Below, one piece after another: positions 39,972-51,734 of a stretch of 64,000 bases of DNA. Each line of letters begins with the position of its first letter. The stretch's first letter is position 1. Made by a program: the position numbers and the translations under genes. The notes under the pieces are model-generated. The model was not told the origin of the DNA and did not search any database. It was given only the letters and a program-made list of their open reading frames with translations. This DNA comes from an uncultured Nitrospira sp. (lineage in GTDB: Bacteria; Nitrospirota; Nitrospiria; SBBL01; JAADHI01), in contig CAYVHO010000009.1 in assembly GCA_964451325.1 (NCBI GenBank), forward strand, positions 28,876-92,875, written 5' to 3'.

Positions 39972-42900
39972 ATGCGCCTGAAGCGTCTCGAAGTCTTCGG
40001 ATTTAAATCCTTTTTTGATAAAACGGTGATCACTTTCCAGAAAGGGATCACCGGAATTGTGGGCCCCAATGGTTGCGGAAAAAGCAATTTTGCCGATGCG
40101 ATTCTCTGGGTTTTAGGGGAACAGAGCCCCAAAAGCCTCAGGGGCGAGCGCATGGAAGATGTTATCTTCAGTGGGACGGATCAACGAAAACCCCTTTCCG
40201 TTGCCGAAGTGTCTTTAACCATTGGCGACATTGCCAATGAATTGCCACCCCCCTATACCCCTTATGCCGAATTGACACTCAGTCGCAGGCTTTATCGTTC
40301 GGGGGAGAGCGAATATCTCATCAATAAAAGCCCCTGCCGACTGAAGGATATTCGAGATCTCTTGATCGACATCGGTGCGGGTTATCACGCGCACACCATT
40401 ATCGAACAAGGTAAGGTTGATGACATTATTACTGCATCGCCCATGCAACGCCGAGAAATCGTTGAAGAGGCGGCGGGCATTGCAAAATATCGTCTGAGAA
40501 AAGCGGAGGCCTTGCGCAAACTGGATGCCACCGAGCGGAACCTGACCCGTGTGACAGATATTATTGGTGAAATCAAACGGCAGCGAAACGCTTTGGATCG
40601 TCAGGCAAAAAAAGCTGAAAAAGTGCAAGAGATGGGCAAAAGACTTAAAACCCTTGACCTGCAAGTCGCAGACACCGAATGGCGAGAATGGAAAAATGAG
40701 CAAGAGGCACTTGAAACAGCAGCAATGCACCTTCAGGATCAATCAGAGGTCTATTCAGGCCAGTTGGCGACACTGGATGCGACCCAGACCGAGAATAAAC
40801 TGCTGATGACCGAAAAAGAGCAGGGACTCTCTAAGCGTGCCCGTGATTTGTCTGATGTTGAAAAAAATATCCAGCGCTGGGAAGGCAAGCTTGAAACCCT
40901 GGGCGTACAGCGTCAGGAATGGCTTGCGGGACAATCCCGGACGCATGAGGAGATTGAACAACTCAGGCGGACCCTTGCCTCACTTGAAGCGGAAGAACTC
41001 AGCTTGAATGAAGAAGCAGCCTCGATCGCAAAAACCTTACCTGAAGCAGAAGCGGCTCTGGCTGAACATGATCGTCAAGCCCGTCAGCTTGAGGAAGAAG
41101 TGCGGGATGTCAGTGCAAACTTAGAGGCCTGTAAAGTGAGCCTCTTTGATCTTTCGGCTCAGGTAACAACTTCAAAAAATAATCTGGCCCATTTTGAGAC
41201 ACGCTTGACCAGTCTCTCGAAACAGGAGGATAGACTGAGTCTTGAGCAAGAGACCCTTGAAGAAAAGCTTCAACAGTCCGAAGATGCAGTAAAAGCACTT
41301 CAAGTTGCCGAGCAAAAAAATACTGCAGACCTTGAAGACCTCAAAACGCAGCGCGACGATGTGATGATCACACTGGAAATAACAGAAAAAAAGATTCAAA
41401 ACAAAGAAAAACAACTGCTCTCTGTGAAAGAAGCCTCCGTTGATGTCAAGGCACGTGTGGCCTCACACGAAGGGTTTTACCGGGGGTTTTTAAATAAACG
41501 AGAAGGCTCCGTCAATCCCCTGCTTGCTTTAGAAGGTTTAAAAGGCATGGTCGCGGATTTGATCGAAGTCCCCTCAGCTTATGAGCTTGCATTGGAGGCC
41601 GTGCTCGAAAACAAACTGCGGGGCATCGTGGTCGAAGACCATGCAGAGATTCAAAAAGGCATCGCCTATCTGCGTGCAGCCGAGTTGGGACGTGGAACCT
41701 TTTTCCCGCGTCACCCGCGTGTGATAAAAAAGATCACACAATCTGCAATCACCATTGAATCTCTCGAAGGTCTGCTGGGCCAAGCACGCGATCTTGTTGC
41801 TGTACGACCAGGGGATGAGGCCATTGCGGATGCCTTACTCAATGGCATCGTCATCGTCAAAGACCTTCAGTCTGCGCTAAAAGCATGGAAGGCTGTGCCT
41901 GAAGTTGATCTTTGGGTCACACTTGAAGGAGAAATTCTGGATTCTTTTGGGATCGTTTCGGGTGGAGAACAAGGTAAAAAAGGCTTGCTAGGTCAGAAAC
42001 GTGAGCTGAAACAACTCACAGACCGGGCAGAATCACTTCAAAAAGAAGCTACGGTCTGCCAACAGGAGATTGCCACGGAGCAAATCATCGTAGACAGCGC
42101 TCACCAGGAAATAACAAACTTCTCAGAGGAAATACGACATTTGGATCTTGAATTACTCAAGATGCAAAGTGAGAAAAAAAACGTAAATTACGAGCGTCAA
42201 GGCCTTGAAGGGGCACTTGGAACCGTGCGTTTTGAGCAAGAAGAAGGGCGAAGCGAAAAAGAAGGTTTGTTTGCCTCAGAAGGGCTTGAACATCAGCGCA
42301 TTGCTGAAGCCCAGGAGATGAGGACTGAGAAAGAAATCGAACTGGAGATTTTAAGTGAGAACTTACATCAATATCGCCAAAAGGTCTCTTCTCTGAGCGA
42401 GACCGTTGTTCAGCTCAGAATGCAGCGCAATTCACTCCAGGAAAAGCAGCGACATACGCTTGAAAAACAGACACGTTTATTTCGTGAAAATGAGAACTTC
42501 AACAAACAGATCGATGAAAAGAGGGTCTTTGAAAACACACTTCAGGAAAAGTTGGCCTTTGGAAAAATAGAAAAACAGGATGCCGAAATAACGATTACAG
42601 ATTTATCTGAGGAACGCATGAAATGCGAAGTGAACCTTCGGGATGCACGTGAATCCCATGCAGAACTTTTATCTGACATAGAACACAGAGAACAAGAGAT
42701 CATTGCCCTGCGTTCACAATTCAAAAAAACAGATGAAATGCTTCAGGAGAAGGCCTTAAAAAAAGTAACCGCGGAAATGCAGCGGCAAAAAATTGAAGAA
42801 TCCATTTTCTCACAGTATCAAATTGAAATGTCCAATATCGACGAAAGTGATTTGGGACAAACGATTGAGGCTGCACGTGAAGAAGCGCGGAATCTCCGGG

Positions 42901-43550
42901 GGAAAATCGAAAACATGGGGCCCGTCAATCTGGCGGCCATTGAAGAGTACAAAACATTAGACGAACGCTTTCAGTTTCTAAGTGGACAGGATGACGATCT
43001 GAGACAATCCATTGAAAGTTTACGTGAAACCATCGCAAAAATTAATAAAACGACCCGTGGCCTTTTTGTGGAGACCTTTCATACCTTAAATCAAAAATTT
43101 GGAGAAGTTTTTTCTTCCTTTTTTGGGGGCGGTTCGGCGGAGCTTGTTTTATTGGATGAAGCGCATCCCTTGGAATCCGGGATTGAAATGATGGCGCAAC
43201 CGCCTGGAAAGGGTCGACGTAGCCTCCTTTTATTTTCCGGGGGGGAAAAGGCATTGACTGCGATTTCGCTGCTTTTTGCAACGTTTCTTATTCACCCAAC
43301 ACCCTTTTGTCTTTTAGATGAGATTGATGCACCGCTGGACGAAGAAAACACCCGTCGGTTTTCACAGACCTTGATCAAAATGTCTAAAGATACCCAGTTT
43401 ATCGTGGTGACCCATAATCGTTTTACCATGGAAATTGCCGACGTGCTTTATGGTGTGACCATGGAAGAAACCGGAATCTCAAAGTTGGTTTCAGTTAATA
43501 TGAGTAAACCCGAGGATAAAAATGAAGTCACCTCAGACGCAGTGAGTTAG
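39972..43550 (+). CDS. smc: Chromosome segregation protein SMC
   Basis: GFKSF, GPNGCGKSN, coiled coils, hinge (GRGTF), SGGEK, LDEIDAPLD. Confidence 0.97.
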   Translation: MRLKRLEVFGFKSFFDKTVITFQKGITGIVGPNGCGKSNFADAILWVLGEQSPKSLRGERMEDVIFSGTDQRKPLSVAEVSLTIGDIANELPPPYTPYAELTLSRRLYRSGESEYLINKSPCRLKDIRDLLIDIGAGYHAHTIIEQGKVDDIITASPMQRREIVEEAAGIAKYRLRKAEALRKLDATERNLTRVTDIIGEIKRQRNALDRQAKKAEKVQEMGKRLKTLDLQVADTEWREWKNEQEALETAAMHLQDQSEVYSGQLATLDATQTENKLLMTEKEQGLSKRARDLSDVEKNIQRWEGKLETLGVQRQEWLAGQSRTHEEIEQLRRTLASLEAEELSLNEEAASIAKTLPEAEAALAEHDRQARQLEEEVRDVSANLEACKVSLFDLSAQVTTSKNNLAHFETRLTSLSKQEDRLSLEQETLEEKLQQSEDAVKALQVAEQKNTADLEDLKTQRDDVMITLEITEKKIQNKEKQLLSVKEASVDVKARVASHEGFYRGFLNKREGSVNPLLALEGLKGMVADLIEVPSAYELALEAVLENKLRGIVVEDHAEIQKGIAYLRAAELGRGTFFPRHPRVIKKITQSAITIESLEGLLGQARDLVAVRPGDEAIADALLNGIVIVKDLQSALKAWKAVPEVDLWVTLEGEILDSFGIVSGGEQGKKGLLGQKRELKQLTDRAESLQKEATVCQQEIATEQIIVDSAHQEITNFSEEIRHLDLELLKMQSEKKNVNYERQGLEGALGTVRFEQEEGRSEKEGLFASEGLEHQRIAEAQEMRTEKEIELEILSENLHQYRQKVSSLSETVVQLRMQRNSLQEKQRHTLEKQTRLFRENENFNKQIDEKRVFENTLQEKLAFGKIEKQDAEITITDLSEERMKCEVNLRDARESHAELLSDIEHREQEIIALRSQFKKTDEMLQEKALKKVTAEMQRQKIEESIFSQYQIEMSNIDESDLGQTIEAAREEARNLRGKIENMGPVNLAAIEEYKTLDERFQFLSGQDDDLRQSIESLRETIAKINKTTRGLFVETFHTLNQKFGEVFSSFFGGGSAELVLLDEAHPLESGIEMMAQPPGKGRRSLLLFSGGEKALTAISLLFATFLIHPTPFCLLDEIDAPLDEENTRRFSQTLIKMSKDTQFIVVTHNRFTMEIADVLYGVTMEETGISKLVSVNMSKPEDKNEVTSDAVS

Positions 43551-43577
43551 TCTGATTGCTGTTGACGCAGCGCTTCC

Positions 43578-44579
43578 TCAGTGTTTCTCCAAAAAATGAT
43601 CATATCCTTTTGTTCTAAGGGCTTGCCTTTTTTTATCCACGCCCCGCGTGAACAGCCCTTCCTTTTTTGAACAGATTTTTCCGATACGCGTGGCTTGTAA
43701 CAAATCGCTTTTTATCAATTGCACGAGTTTGTTTTCTTTGCCCGGCGGCACACAAAAAAGCAGTTCGTAATCTTCCCCACCGTAGAGGGCGAAGTCGAAC
43801 GCGTCCATTTTATTTTCTTTCGCATAGCGTTTTAGCGCGGGAGAAAGTGGAATTTGTGTGCGGGTTAATTCTGCGCCCACCCCACTTTGATTCATGATAT
43901 GGCCGAGGTCTGCGCTCAGGCCATCTGAAATATCAATCATGGCTGATGCAATCCCTGTTTTTGCAATGCACATGCCCTCTGTCGTGCGGGCTTGAGGACA
44001 TCGCTGTCGTCGGATCAGCTGGCTGTATCCTTTTACTGCCCTTCCTTCTTTCAAACAATCGAGTCCCGCTGCGGCATCTCCGAGGGTTCCGGTCACATAA
44101 ATGGCATCCCCGACTTTTGCCGTATGGCGTGCGATCATCTGTTTTTTAGGAAGCTCTCCGTAGAGGGTAATTGCAATAAAAAATGGGCCGCTTGTCCGTG
44201 TTGTGTTTCCACCGATGAGGGCTAAGTCCAAAGGGCGGCTGGCTTTTTTGATGCCTCGGTAAAGTTGTTTTAAATCTAAAAATCCAATGTTATTCGGGAT
44301 GCCAAGCGAAATCAAAAAACTGCGAGGTCTCCCTCCCATTGCGGCAATATCACTTAAATTAACAGCTACCGCTTTCATCCCGACTTGTTCAAAAGAGCTA
44401 TAGGCGCGACTGAAGTGAATGCCTTCAATCAGCGTATCTGTTGTGAGTAAACTCAGACAACTTTGGGAGGGGAAAAATGCTGCGGCATCGTCGCCGATGC
44501 CGAGTGAGACAAAGTCATGTTTTGATGGAAATTGTTTTTGAATTTGCGCGATAAAGTCAAATTCGCCAATGTTTAGCAC
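43578..44579 (-). CDS. thiL: Thiamine-monophosphate kinase
   Basis: GEFDFI, GIGDDAA, NLSDIAAMGG, IDISDGL, GGEDYELLF, GYDHF. Confidence 0.96.
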   Translation of the reverse strand: MLNIGEFDFIAQIQKQFPSKHDFVSLGIGDDAAAFFPSQSCLSLLTTDTLIEGIHFSRAYSSFEQVGMKAVAVNLSDIAAMGGRPRSFLISLGIPNNIGFLDLKQLYRGIKKASRPLDLALIGGNTTRTSGPFFIAITLYGELPKKQMIARHTAKVGDAIYVTGTLGDAAAGLDCLKEGRAVKGYSQLIRRQRCPQARTTEGMCIAKTGIASAMIDISDGLSADLGHIMNQSGVGAELTRTQIPLSPALKRYAKENKMDAFDFALYGGEDYELLFCVPPGKENKLVQLIKSDLLQATRIGKICSKKEGLFTRGVDKKRQALRTKGYDHFLEKH

Positions 44580-44600
44580 TGGACTGCGTCTCCTCGCAGC

Positions 44601-47012
44601 TTATCGGACTTTTTTTACGGTTTTCCGGGGAGACTGCTTTGAAGTGGATTTTTTCGGCCCCCGCTTTTTACGAAAAGCGTGTTTAAAAACAGTCTCAACC
44701 TGTTCTGCGAAAATAAACTCAAGCCCTTTTTGAAGATGTTTTGGGACTTCTTCAAGGTCTTTTTCATTGCGTTTTGGAAAAATAATTGTCGTCATGCCCG
44801 CGCGTTTTGCGGCCAGGATTTTTTCTTTGAGCCCGCCAATGGGCAGGACGCGACCGCGCAGTGTGATTTCCCCCGTCATGGCCACATCATGTCGCACGGG
44901 AATTCCTGTGAGGGCTGAAGTCAGTGCCGTCGCCATGGTGATCCCTGCGGAAGGACCGTCTTTGGGGATTGCCCCTGCGGGTACATGGATGTGGATGTCA
45001 TTTTTTGCAAAAACCTGGGCCTTGATTTTAAGCACTTTTTCCTGCGAGCGGATATAAGAGAGTGCGGCCTGCGCGGATTCTTTCATGACCTTGCCCAATG
45101 AACCGGTGAGAATCAGCTCTCCTTTTCCTTTCATGATCGTGGCTTCGATTTGCAGCACGTCGCCCCCCGTCGGTGTCCAGGCAAGACCTGTTGCAACACC
45201 GATCTGGTCTGATTCGGCTTCTGCTTCAGGAATGATTTTTGGAATCCCGAGAAATTGATGCAGGTTGCTCGGCGTCACGCGAATTTTTTGTTTGCCACCT
45301 TCGGCGATTTTTCGCGCAATTTTACGCAACACATGGGCAATCTCTCGCTCCAGGTTTCTCACACCCGCTTCTCGTGTGTATTGGGTAATGATTTGTTCCA
45401 TGCCAGCATCTGAAATGCTAACATCCTTGGCACTTGTGCCATGTTCTTTAAGTTGTCGGGGCAGGAGGAAGTTTTTGGCGATACCTGTTTTTTCCTCCAC
45501 GGTGTATCCTGAGAGTTCGATCATTTCCATCCGGTCACGCAGTGGAAGTGGGATCGGGTCGATTTGATTTGCCGTCGTGATAAACATCACATTTGAAAGA
45601 TTAAAAGGCACCCCCAGATAATGATCCGAAAAACTGTGGTTTTGCTCAGGGTCGAGCACTTCAAGTAATGCAGAAGAAGGATCGCCCCGAAAATCTGTTC
45701 CAATTTTGTCAATTTCGTCCATCATAAAAACGGGGTTTGCGGTGCCGGCTTGTTTCATCCCTTGAATTAAGCGTCCCGGTAAGGCCCCCACATAGGTCCG
45801 GCGATGCCCTCGGATTTCGGCCTCATCATGAACCCCACCCAATGAAATTCGGATAAACTTACGGCCTAAGGATCGTGCGATGGATTTCCCGAGAGAGGTT
45901 TTACCCACACCAGGCGGACCCACAAAACAGAGGATGGGACCTTTTAGTTTGCCTTTCATTTTTCTCACCGCAAGATATTCCAGGATGCGTTCTTTAATGC
46001 GTTCCAGATCGTAGTGATCCTCATCTAAGATTTTTTTTGCGGTGACAAGGTCAAGCCTGTCTTTTGTTTGTTTACTCCAGGGCAGTTCAACCATCCATTC
46101 CAAGTAGGTCCGCACAGTGGCCGCCTCCGCAGAATCCTGATGCATACGGTCCAAGCGGCGGAGTTGTTTCAGGGCTTCTTTTTCAACTGTTTTCAGCATT
46201 TTTGCAGCAGAAATTTTTTCACGAAATTCTTCAATTTCTTCAGAGCGGTCATCTGATTCGCCCAATTCTTTTTGAATGGCCTTGAGCTGCTCTCTCAAAA
46301 AATACTCACGTTGCACTTTGTCCATTTCGCCCTTGGCTTCGGACTGAATTTTTTGCTGCATGATTAAAACATGCAGCTCTTTAGACAAAATGTTGTTCGC
46401 TTTTTTGAGTCGCTCAACAGGGTCGATGGTTTCAAGCACGTCCTGAGCGATATCGACTTTAAGCCCCAAATTGGAAACCACAAGATCAGCAAGACGACCC
46501 GGGTCTCCGAGGTTTTCGATCAAGGCCACGACATCGGGCATGAGAAATTTTCCGAAAGAGATGGCTTTTTCCATTTGTTCTTTTACGGCACGGACCGTGG
46601 CTTCGACTTCGGATGAAACCTGGGCTAAGACGGGCTCTTCCAGGACTTCAATTTCTGCCTCAAAATAAGGCGATGTTTGGGAAAAGGAGAGGATTCGGGC
46701 TTTTGAAATTCCTTGAACCAGTATTTTAATACGCCCATCAGAAAGTCTAAGCATTCGCATGATGGTCCCCACGGTCCCGAGCGTATAAATATCTTCGGTT
46801 TTGGGCACTTCAACATCAAGCGCTTTTTGTGCGGCAAGCAAGACCAATTTTTTTTCGGAAGCGGCTTTTTCGATGGCTTTTACCGATAAATCACGGCCTA
46901 CAAAAAGTGGAAGAACCATTTGCGGAAAAACAACAAGGTCTCTAACAGGTAAGACCGGGAGTTTGCCGGGGATTTTTGTTTTTTCATGCTTTTGATCAGG
47001 GGATTTTGACAC
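44601..47012 (-). CDS. lon: ATP-dependent protease La
   Basis: [33 protein letters not shown]. Confidence 0.98.
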   Translation of the reverse strand: MSKSPDQKHEKTKIPGKLPVLPVRDLVVFPQMVLPLFVGRDLSVKAIEKAASEKKLVLLAAQKALDVEVPKTEDIYTLGTVGTIMRMLRLSDGRIKILVQGISKARILSFSQTSPYFEAEIEVLEEPVLAQVSSEVEATVRAVKEQMEKAISFGKFLMPDVVALIENLGDPGRLADLVVSNLGLKVDIAQDVLETIDPVERLKKANNILSKELHVLIMQQKIQSEAKGEMDKVQREYFLREQLKAIQKELGESDDRSEEIEEFREKISAAKMLKTVEKEALKQLRRLDRMHQDSAEAATVRTYLEWMVELPWSKQTKDRLDLVTAKKILDEDHYDLERIKERILEYLAVRKMKGKLKGPILCFVGPPGVGKTSLGKSIARSLGRKFIRISLGGVHDEAEIRGHRRTYVGALPGRLIQGMKQAGTANPVFMMDEIDKIGTDFRGDPSSALLEVLDPEQNHSFSDHYLGVPFNLSNVMFITTANQIDPIPLPLRDRMEMIELSGYTVEEKTGIAKNFLLPRQLKEHGTSAKDVSISDAGMEQIITQYTREAGVRNLEREIAHVLRKIARKIAEGGKQKIRVTPSNLHQFLGIPKIIPEAEAESDQIGVATGLAWTPTGGDVLQIEATIMKGKGELILTGSLGKVMKESAQAALSYIRSQEKVLKIKAQVFAKNDIHIHVPAGAIPKDGPSAGITMATALTSALTGIPVRHDVAMTGEITLRGRVLPIGGLKEKILAAKRAGMTTIIFPKRNEKDLEEVPKHLQKGLEFIFAEQVETVFKHAFRKKRGPKKSTSKQSPRKTVKKVR

Positions 47013-47107
47013 AAATAACTCCTTGAATAATTAGGGATGATTCTATTTTTTTCTTAATTCATGATCAGGGAAAAATGAAACAAGCACGTCCCATTTCTTA
47101 TTTTTAG

Positions 47108-47980
47108 CTATAGAGAAAGACCTTGCAGGTATGCTTTAAATGCCTCACCCAAACTCGGATTCTTAAGTCCCATTTCGACAGTGGCCTGAAGAAAACCCAG
47201 TTTGTCCCCCGCATCGTAGCGACTCCCTTTAATTTTATAACCGTACATGGTTCTAAACGCGGCCAAATCATTTAAGGCATCGGTCAGTTGGATTTCGTTG
47301 TTTTTTCCCGGTTTGGTCTTTTCAAGTATTTCAAATATTTCTGGGATGAGCAGATATCGCCCAATAACGGCGAGGTTTGAAGGAGCCTCTTCCTGTGTGG
47401 GTTTTTCGACCAGATGATTGATTTTATGGAGCTCATCAATGGTTTGTGCTGCATCAAGAATGCCGTATTGGTGCACTTCGGAGTCAGGCACCTCTTGAAC
47501 ACCGATGATGGGTGCGGGCGTGCGTTCGTAAATATCAATCATCTGTTTCAGAGCCGGGGTACTGTGATCAATGATATCGTCCCCGAGCAAAACGGCAAAA
47601 GGTTCGTCGCCGATGAGATGTTTCGCACAGAGCAAGGCATGCCCCAAACCCTGAGGCTGACTTTGGCGGATGTAACAAAAATCGGCCATTTCTGAAATTC
47701 TTCTCAAGCCAGGGATGTGGTGTTCTTTTCCTGTTTGTTTCAAAATTTCTTCAAGTTCAAACGAAATATCGAAGTGGTCTTCGATGGCCCGTTTCCCTCG
47801 GCCTGTGATGATAATGATTTGTCGTATGCCTGCGGCAACGGCTTCTTCGACCACATACTGAATCAGGGGTTTATCGACAAGTGGCAACATTTCTTTCGGG
47901 GATGCTTTGGTCACGGGTAAAAAGCGTGTGCCGAGTCCAGCGGCTGGGATGACGGCTTTTGTAATCTGTTGTCTGCGCAT
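47108..47980 (-). CDS. galU: UTP--glucose-1-phosphate uridylyltransferase
   Basis: KAVIPAAGLGTRFLP.TK..PKEMLP, GLGHA, VEKP, EIQLTDA. Confidence 0.96.
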   Translation of the reverse strand: MRRQQITKAVIPAAGLGTRFLPVTKASPKEMLPLVDKPLIQYVVEEAVAAGIRQIIIITGRGKRAIEDHFDISFELEEILKQTGKEHHIPGLRRISEMADFCYIRQSQPQGLGHALLCAKHLIGDEPFAVLLGDDIIDHSTPALKQMIDIYERTPAPIIGVQEVPDSEVHQYGILDAAQTIDELHKINHLVEKPTQEEAPSNLAVIGRYLLIPEIFEILEKTKPGKNNEIQLTDALNDLAAFRTMYGYKIKGSRYDAGDKLGFLQATVEMGLKNPSLGEAFKAYLQGLSL

Positions 47981-48074
47981 GGTTTTCTCCAAAAAGAAAT
48001 CTTATTGGCCCCGAAGCCCAAAGTCAAGCAGAAGCAAGCGCCTCCACAATTAATCGCTGATTCAGGAAAGTTAT

Positions 48075-48701
48075 TCATATTTTGGTCTTTGTTTTTAGGG
48101 TGGCGTCTTTTCGAAGCCGCTGATAAATGGCAGAGACTTCTGATTGGATTTCATCAAAGGATTTACAATTGTCGATGATTTCATCGGCAAAGGCACGTTT
48201 TTCCTCAAGTGGCATCTGTGCTGCGATGCGAAGTCGGGCTTCGCGCTCCGTGAATGATCTCTCTTGCATGAGACGCGCGCGCTGTGTTTCCAGATCCACA
48301 TAAACCAGAATGACCCAATCCATCCATTGATGGGCTTTGCTCTCGATGAGCAGAGGGGCATCAAAAATGAGCACACCTTGAGGATGCGCTGAGCGAAGGC
48401 GGTCTTGTTCTTTTTTAAGCTGTTTGAAAACCAAGGGGTGCAATATTGTGTTGAGTGTTTCTCGTTTTTTGGTATCCTGAAATATGATATGTCCTAGTTT
48501 TCCACGGTTGATTTCACCATTGGCGTCCAGAATTTGTTTCCCAAAAGTCGTGACGATTTTTTGGTGGGCTTTGTTTCCTGAAAGGATTAACGCATGGCAG
48601 ATCTGATCCGCATCGACAACGTGGGCGCCTTGTGTTTTGAAAAAGTGCGTGACCGTACTTTTCCCACTCGCAATCCCCCCTGTCAAACCAACTAAAACCA
48701 T
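48075..48701 (-). CDS. coaE: Dephospho-CoA kinase
   Basis: GLTGGIASGKSTV, DAD, HPLV, PLLIE. Confidence 0.95.
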   Translation of the reverse strand: MVLVGLTGGIASGKSTVTHFFKTQGAHVVDADQICHALILSGNKAHQKIVTTFGKQILDANGEINRGKLGHIIFQDTKKRETLNTILHPLVFKQLKKEQDRLRSAHPQGVLIFDAPLLIESKAHQWMDWVILVYVDLETQRARLMQERSFTEREARLRIAAQMPLEEKRAFADEIIDNCKSFDEIQSEVSAIYQRLRKDATLKTKTKI

Positions 48702-48805
48702 CTTGAATTTTCCTGCGTTTCAGGCGAAATTATAACACAGCAGAAAGATAGGGAATTAACGCGATTTTGTGCGTATAGAAGGGAGCACTTCGCGGGATCA
48801 AGAGA

Positions 48806-49618
48806 CTATGTTAGCCTGAGATCATGGGCGACTTCTTGCACAATTTTTTCGTCTATTGTTTCTTTTTTACGCAGATACCCTTCGAGCAAAGCATTGTCGC
48901 AAAGGGTATTGATCAGTCGTGGGAAACCCTTTGAGGCGGCATGGATCGCAAGCAAGGCGGACGCGTCAAACAGGGGATCCTGTGTTCCGGCGATTTCCAG
49001 TCGATAACGAATATAGTCTTCTGTCGTTTTTAGTGTGAGGGAACAGAGTTCATGGCGTATGGCAACACGCTGTTGCAAGGGTCTATCCAATGCAAGGGTT
49101 TCATCTAAATTGTTAAGACCAAAAAAAACAAAGGTAATCAGTTTTTGACTATCGAGTTCCATGTTGAGCAAGCCTCGAAATTCCTCCATGACTTCTTTGT
49201 GATGCAACATCTGGGCTTCGTCAATTAAAACAACGGCTTTTTTTCCGGAATCAAAGATTTCCACCAGTCGATGATAGAGCTGGGTGAGCAGTTCAACTTT
49301 TTTCTCTAGCGGGTTTTCAATGCCAAGCTGTATGGCGATTTTACGCAGAATCCACTCTGAAGTAATTTCGGCATGAATGACGACCAAGAGGGCAGATTCG
49401 TATTGATCCTCGGTAAGTTCCTCCAGAAATTGTCGTGCAAGCGTGGTTTTTCCCGCGCCGACATCTCCCACAACGATGGCCAAACCCTTTCGTTGCTCGG
49501 CAGCATATTTTAATTTAAGCAGTGCTTCCGCGTGCTGGTGGCTGTTGTAATAAAAACGGGTATCGATCGCCGTCGAAAAAGGCTGCTCTTTGAGTTTGTA
49601 ATACGCGATGTAGTTCAT
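48806..49618 (-). CDS. ExeA/GspA-family AAA ATPase
   Basis: Y...Y.LKEQPFS, GDVGAGKTT, IDEAQ, G.PRLINTLCDNALL. Confidence 0.9.
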   Translation of the reverse strand: MNYIAYYKLKEQPFSTAIDTRFYYNSHQHAEALLKLKYAAEQRKGLAIVVGDVGAGKTTLARQFLEELTEDQYESALLVVIHAEITSEWILRKIAIQLGIENPLEKKVELLTQLYHRLVEIFDSGKKAVVLIDEAQMLHHKEVMEEFRGLLNMELDSQKLITFVFFGLNNLDETLALDRPLQQRVAIRHELCSLTLKTTEDYIRYRLEIAGTQDPLFDASALLAIHAASKGFPRLINTLCDNALLEGYLRKKETIDEKIVQEVAHDLRLT

Positions 49619-49619
49619 C

Positions 49620-51590
49620 TTAGAGGTATGAAACCCGATCCCTTCTTTTTTTCTTGGGGGTCGCCTTATTTTGTGCAGGGTCTTTGGAGGTTAGATTATG
49701 GTATTTCAATCTAATGTCCCGAAATGAGGGGTCGGCATCAAAAATTTCCTGATAAAGTGTTTTGAATTGTTTGTCGCCAAGTTTTTCGTAAAGCAGGGCC
49801 AGTTCATACTTTAGAGCAATAAACTGACCGGCTTCATTTCCCCTATTGACAAGTGCATTTTCAAGCACTTGAACCGCTTTTGGTGTTGAACCTTCTTCTC
49901 TGTAACAAGATGCAAGCATAATGTTTGCATCTTCAAAACGCCCCTCGCCTAAGGCGCCCAACTCGAAGGCCTTCATGGCTTCGGAAAGCATCCCCATTTC
50001 TTTGTAGGCAATTCCCAGGTCGTATTGCGTCTCGGCCTCTTCAACCTCATGCCCGTCGTGACTTTCCTGAAGATTTCGAAACGATTTTTCCAGGGAACCT
50101 TCAATTTCATCGTCTTCGGTTCCAAATCCCTCAGAAAGAATCGTGTTGAGATCAACATATTCTTCTTCACCCCCTGTTGGCTTGCGTGCTTGCAAGGGGT
50201 CTTTTGCTACGCTCTCCGCATTTTGGGCGGGCTCCAGCTGCTCAGAGACGGCCTCTTCAAGGGCCGCAAGTGTGGGTTCTTCCGAATGCTGGTCCGAGAG
50301 TGAGTCTGCATTTAATATCACTTCACCAAAAGACTCGTCGTCTCCATTATTTCGGATTTCCAAGCTTGTTTCATCGTCAAAATAAGAAGTCTTGTTTTTT
50401 GTTTCGGCGCTTTGGGGCGGAGCGGAAAACACATCCACTTTTTCATTTTTGTTTTCAAGTGTCTTTAACTCTTCCAGAACGCCATTTTTTGCCTTTTTAT
50501 CTCCTGTCGAATTGTAGTGTTCAAGGAGATACTGGCATGTGGTAATGGCTTCCGCTGTCATCCCTTGCTGTGTATAGATTTCTTTTAATTTTAAATGGGG
50601 TTGTAATTCCGAAGGAAATGAGGTTACAAGTGATTTAAGTTGGGCAATCGCTTTGTCGATAAGACCGTATTGCACATAAACCTCTGCCTCGGTGATCGCA
50701 TTTTCGAGTTGGGCGGTGTCTGAGGTTTGCCTGGACTGGTCTGCTATCGCGGGCTCACTTAAAAGAGTCTCTTCAGAAGGGAAAATGGTCTGCTCTTGAA
50801 GCAGAGGTTCCGCTTCGGGGGCCAAAAAACCCTGGGCACTTTCTGAGGATTCTTGGTTAGCAAGGGTGCTTTCTTCAATTGTAATCCGGGTTTCTGTTTC
50901 AATGGGTTTGGTTTCAAGAGATTCGGACTTCGGCGCGTTTTCGAGCAGAACATAAGGGGCCTCTTCTTCTATTGGTGTTTGCTGCGGCGCGTATGTCGGG
51001 TCGAGTACGTTGATTTTTTCCCGAATCTTCGCGGCCTCATCAGGCATATTTTTTTCGTCATAGCGGGCAACTACTTTTTTGTACTCTTCGATTGCTTCTT
51101 CGATGACATTCTGTTTTTCACACATCTCAGCGATTTCGAGGCGAATCTTGAGGTTTTCCGGGTCGAGGCCGGAAAGTTTTCGGTAAACAGCGAGGGCGCC
51201 TCGAAAATTCCCGTTTTTATAATAGTGTTTTGCAACCTTGAGATAATCATCAATGGCATTTCCGATGAGTCCGCGCTCGGCATAAACGACCGCGAGTTTC
51301 TCGTGAATTTCAATTTTGGAAGGATCAACTTTAAGTGCCTTTTTGTAGAGGGCGATGCTTTTGAGTTCAAAGGCCGCTGCTTGAAATGCATCGGCTGCTT
51401 TGATAAAAGCTGAGGTTGCATTTGCTTTGTCATTTGATTTGAGATAGAGGTCTCCGATGGCGTTGTAGGTGTTGCCGTCGTTTGGACTTTCGGCGGCAAG
51501 TTTTTTCCATTCGGCGATGGCTTGTTTAATTTTTCCTTTTAAAACAAGCTTCTGTGCCTTTTCAATGATTGCACTCTTGCTTAAAGACAA
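49620..51590 (-). CDS. Tetratricopeptide-repeat protein with acidic linker
   Basis: N-terminal TPRs, acidic middle, EAEVY.QYGL, YDLGIAYKEMG, LKYELA. Confidence 0.85.
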   Translation of the reverse strand: MSLSKSAIIEKAQKLVLKGKIKQAIAEWKKLAAESPNDGNTYNAIGDLYLKSNDKANATSAFIKAADAFQAAAFELKSIALYKKALKVDPSKIEIHEKLAVVYAERGLIGNAIDDYLKVAKHYYKNGNFRGALAVYRKLSGLDPENLKIRLEIAEMCEKQNVIEEAIEEYKKVVARYDEKNMPDEAAKIREKINVLDPTYAPQQTPIEEEAPYVLLENAPKSESLETKPIETETRITIEESTLANQESSESAQGFLAPEAEPLLQEQTIFPSEETLLSEPAIADQSRQTSDTAQLENAITEAEVYVQYGLIDKAIAQLKSLVTSFPSELQPHLKLKEIYTQQGMTAEAITTCQYLLEHYNSTGDKKAKNGVLEELKTLENKNEKVDVFSAPPQSAETKNKTSYFDDETSLEIRNNGDDESFGEVILNADSLSDQHSEEPTLAALEEAVSEQLEPAQNAESVAKDPLQARKPTGGEEEYVDLNTILSEGFGTEDDEIEGSLEKSFRNLQESHDGHEVEEAETQYDLGIAYKEMGMLSEAMKAFELGALGEGRFEDANIMLASCYREEGSTPKAVQVLENALVNRGNEAGQFIALKYELALLYEKLGDKQFKTLYQEIFDADPSFRDIRLKYHNLTSKDPAQNKATPKKKRRDRVSYL

Positions 51591-51734
51591 AAGGGTCCCT
51601 CCTTATAGTTGCCCTTAAAATGGGTATCATAGAAGCCCGAATGTGTCAAGAAATCGACGGGAATTCCGGGCTTGTTTTGGAGGGGGTTGCAGCTTAGAAA
51701 AAATCAGGAAATGACGTCTAAAAATCAGGGAGGT

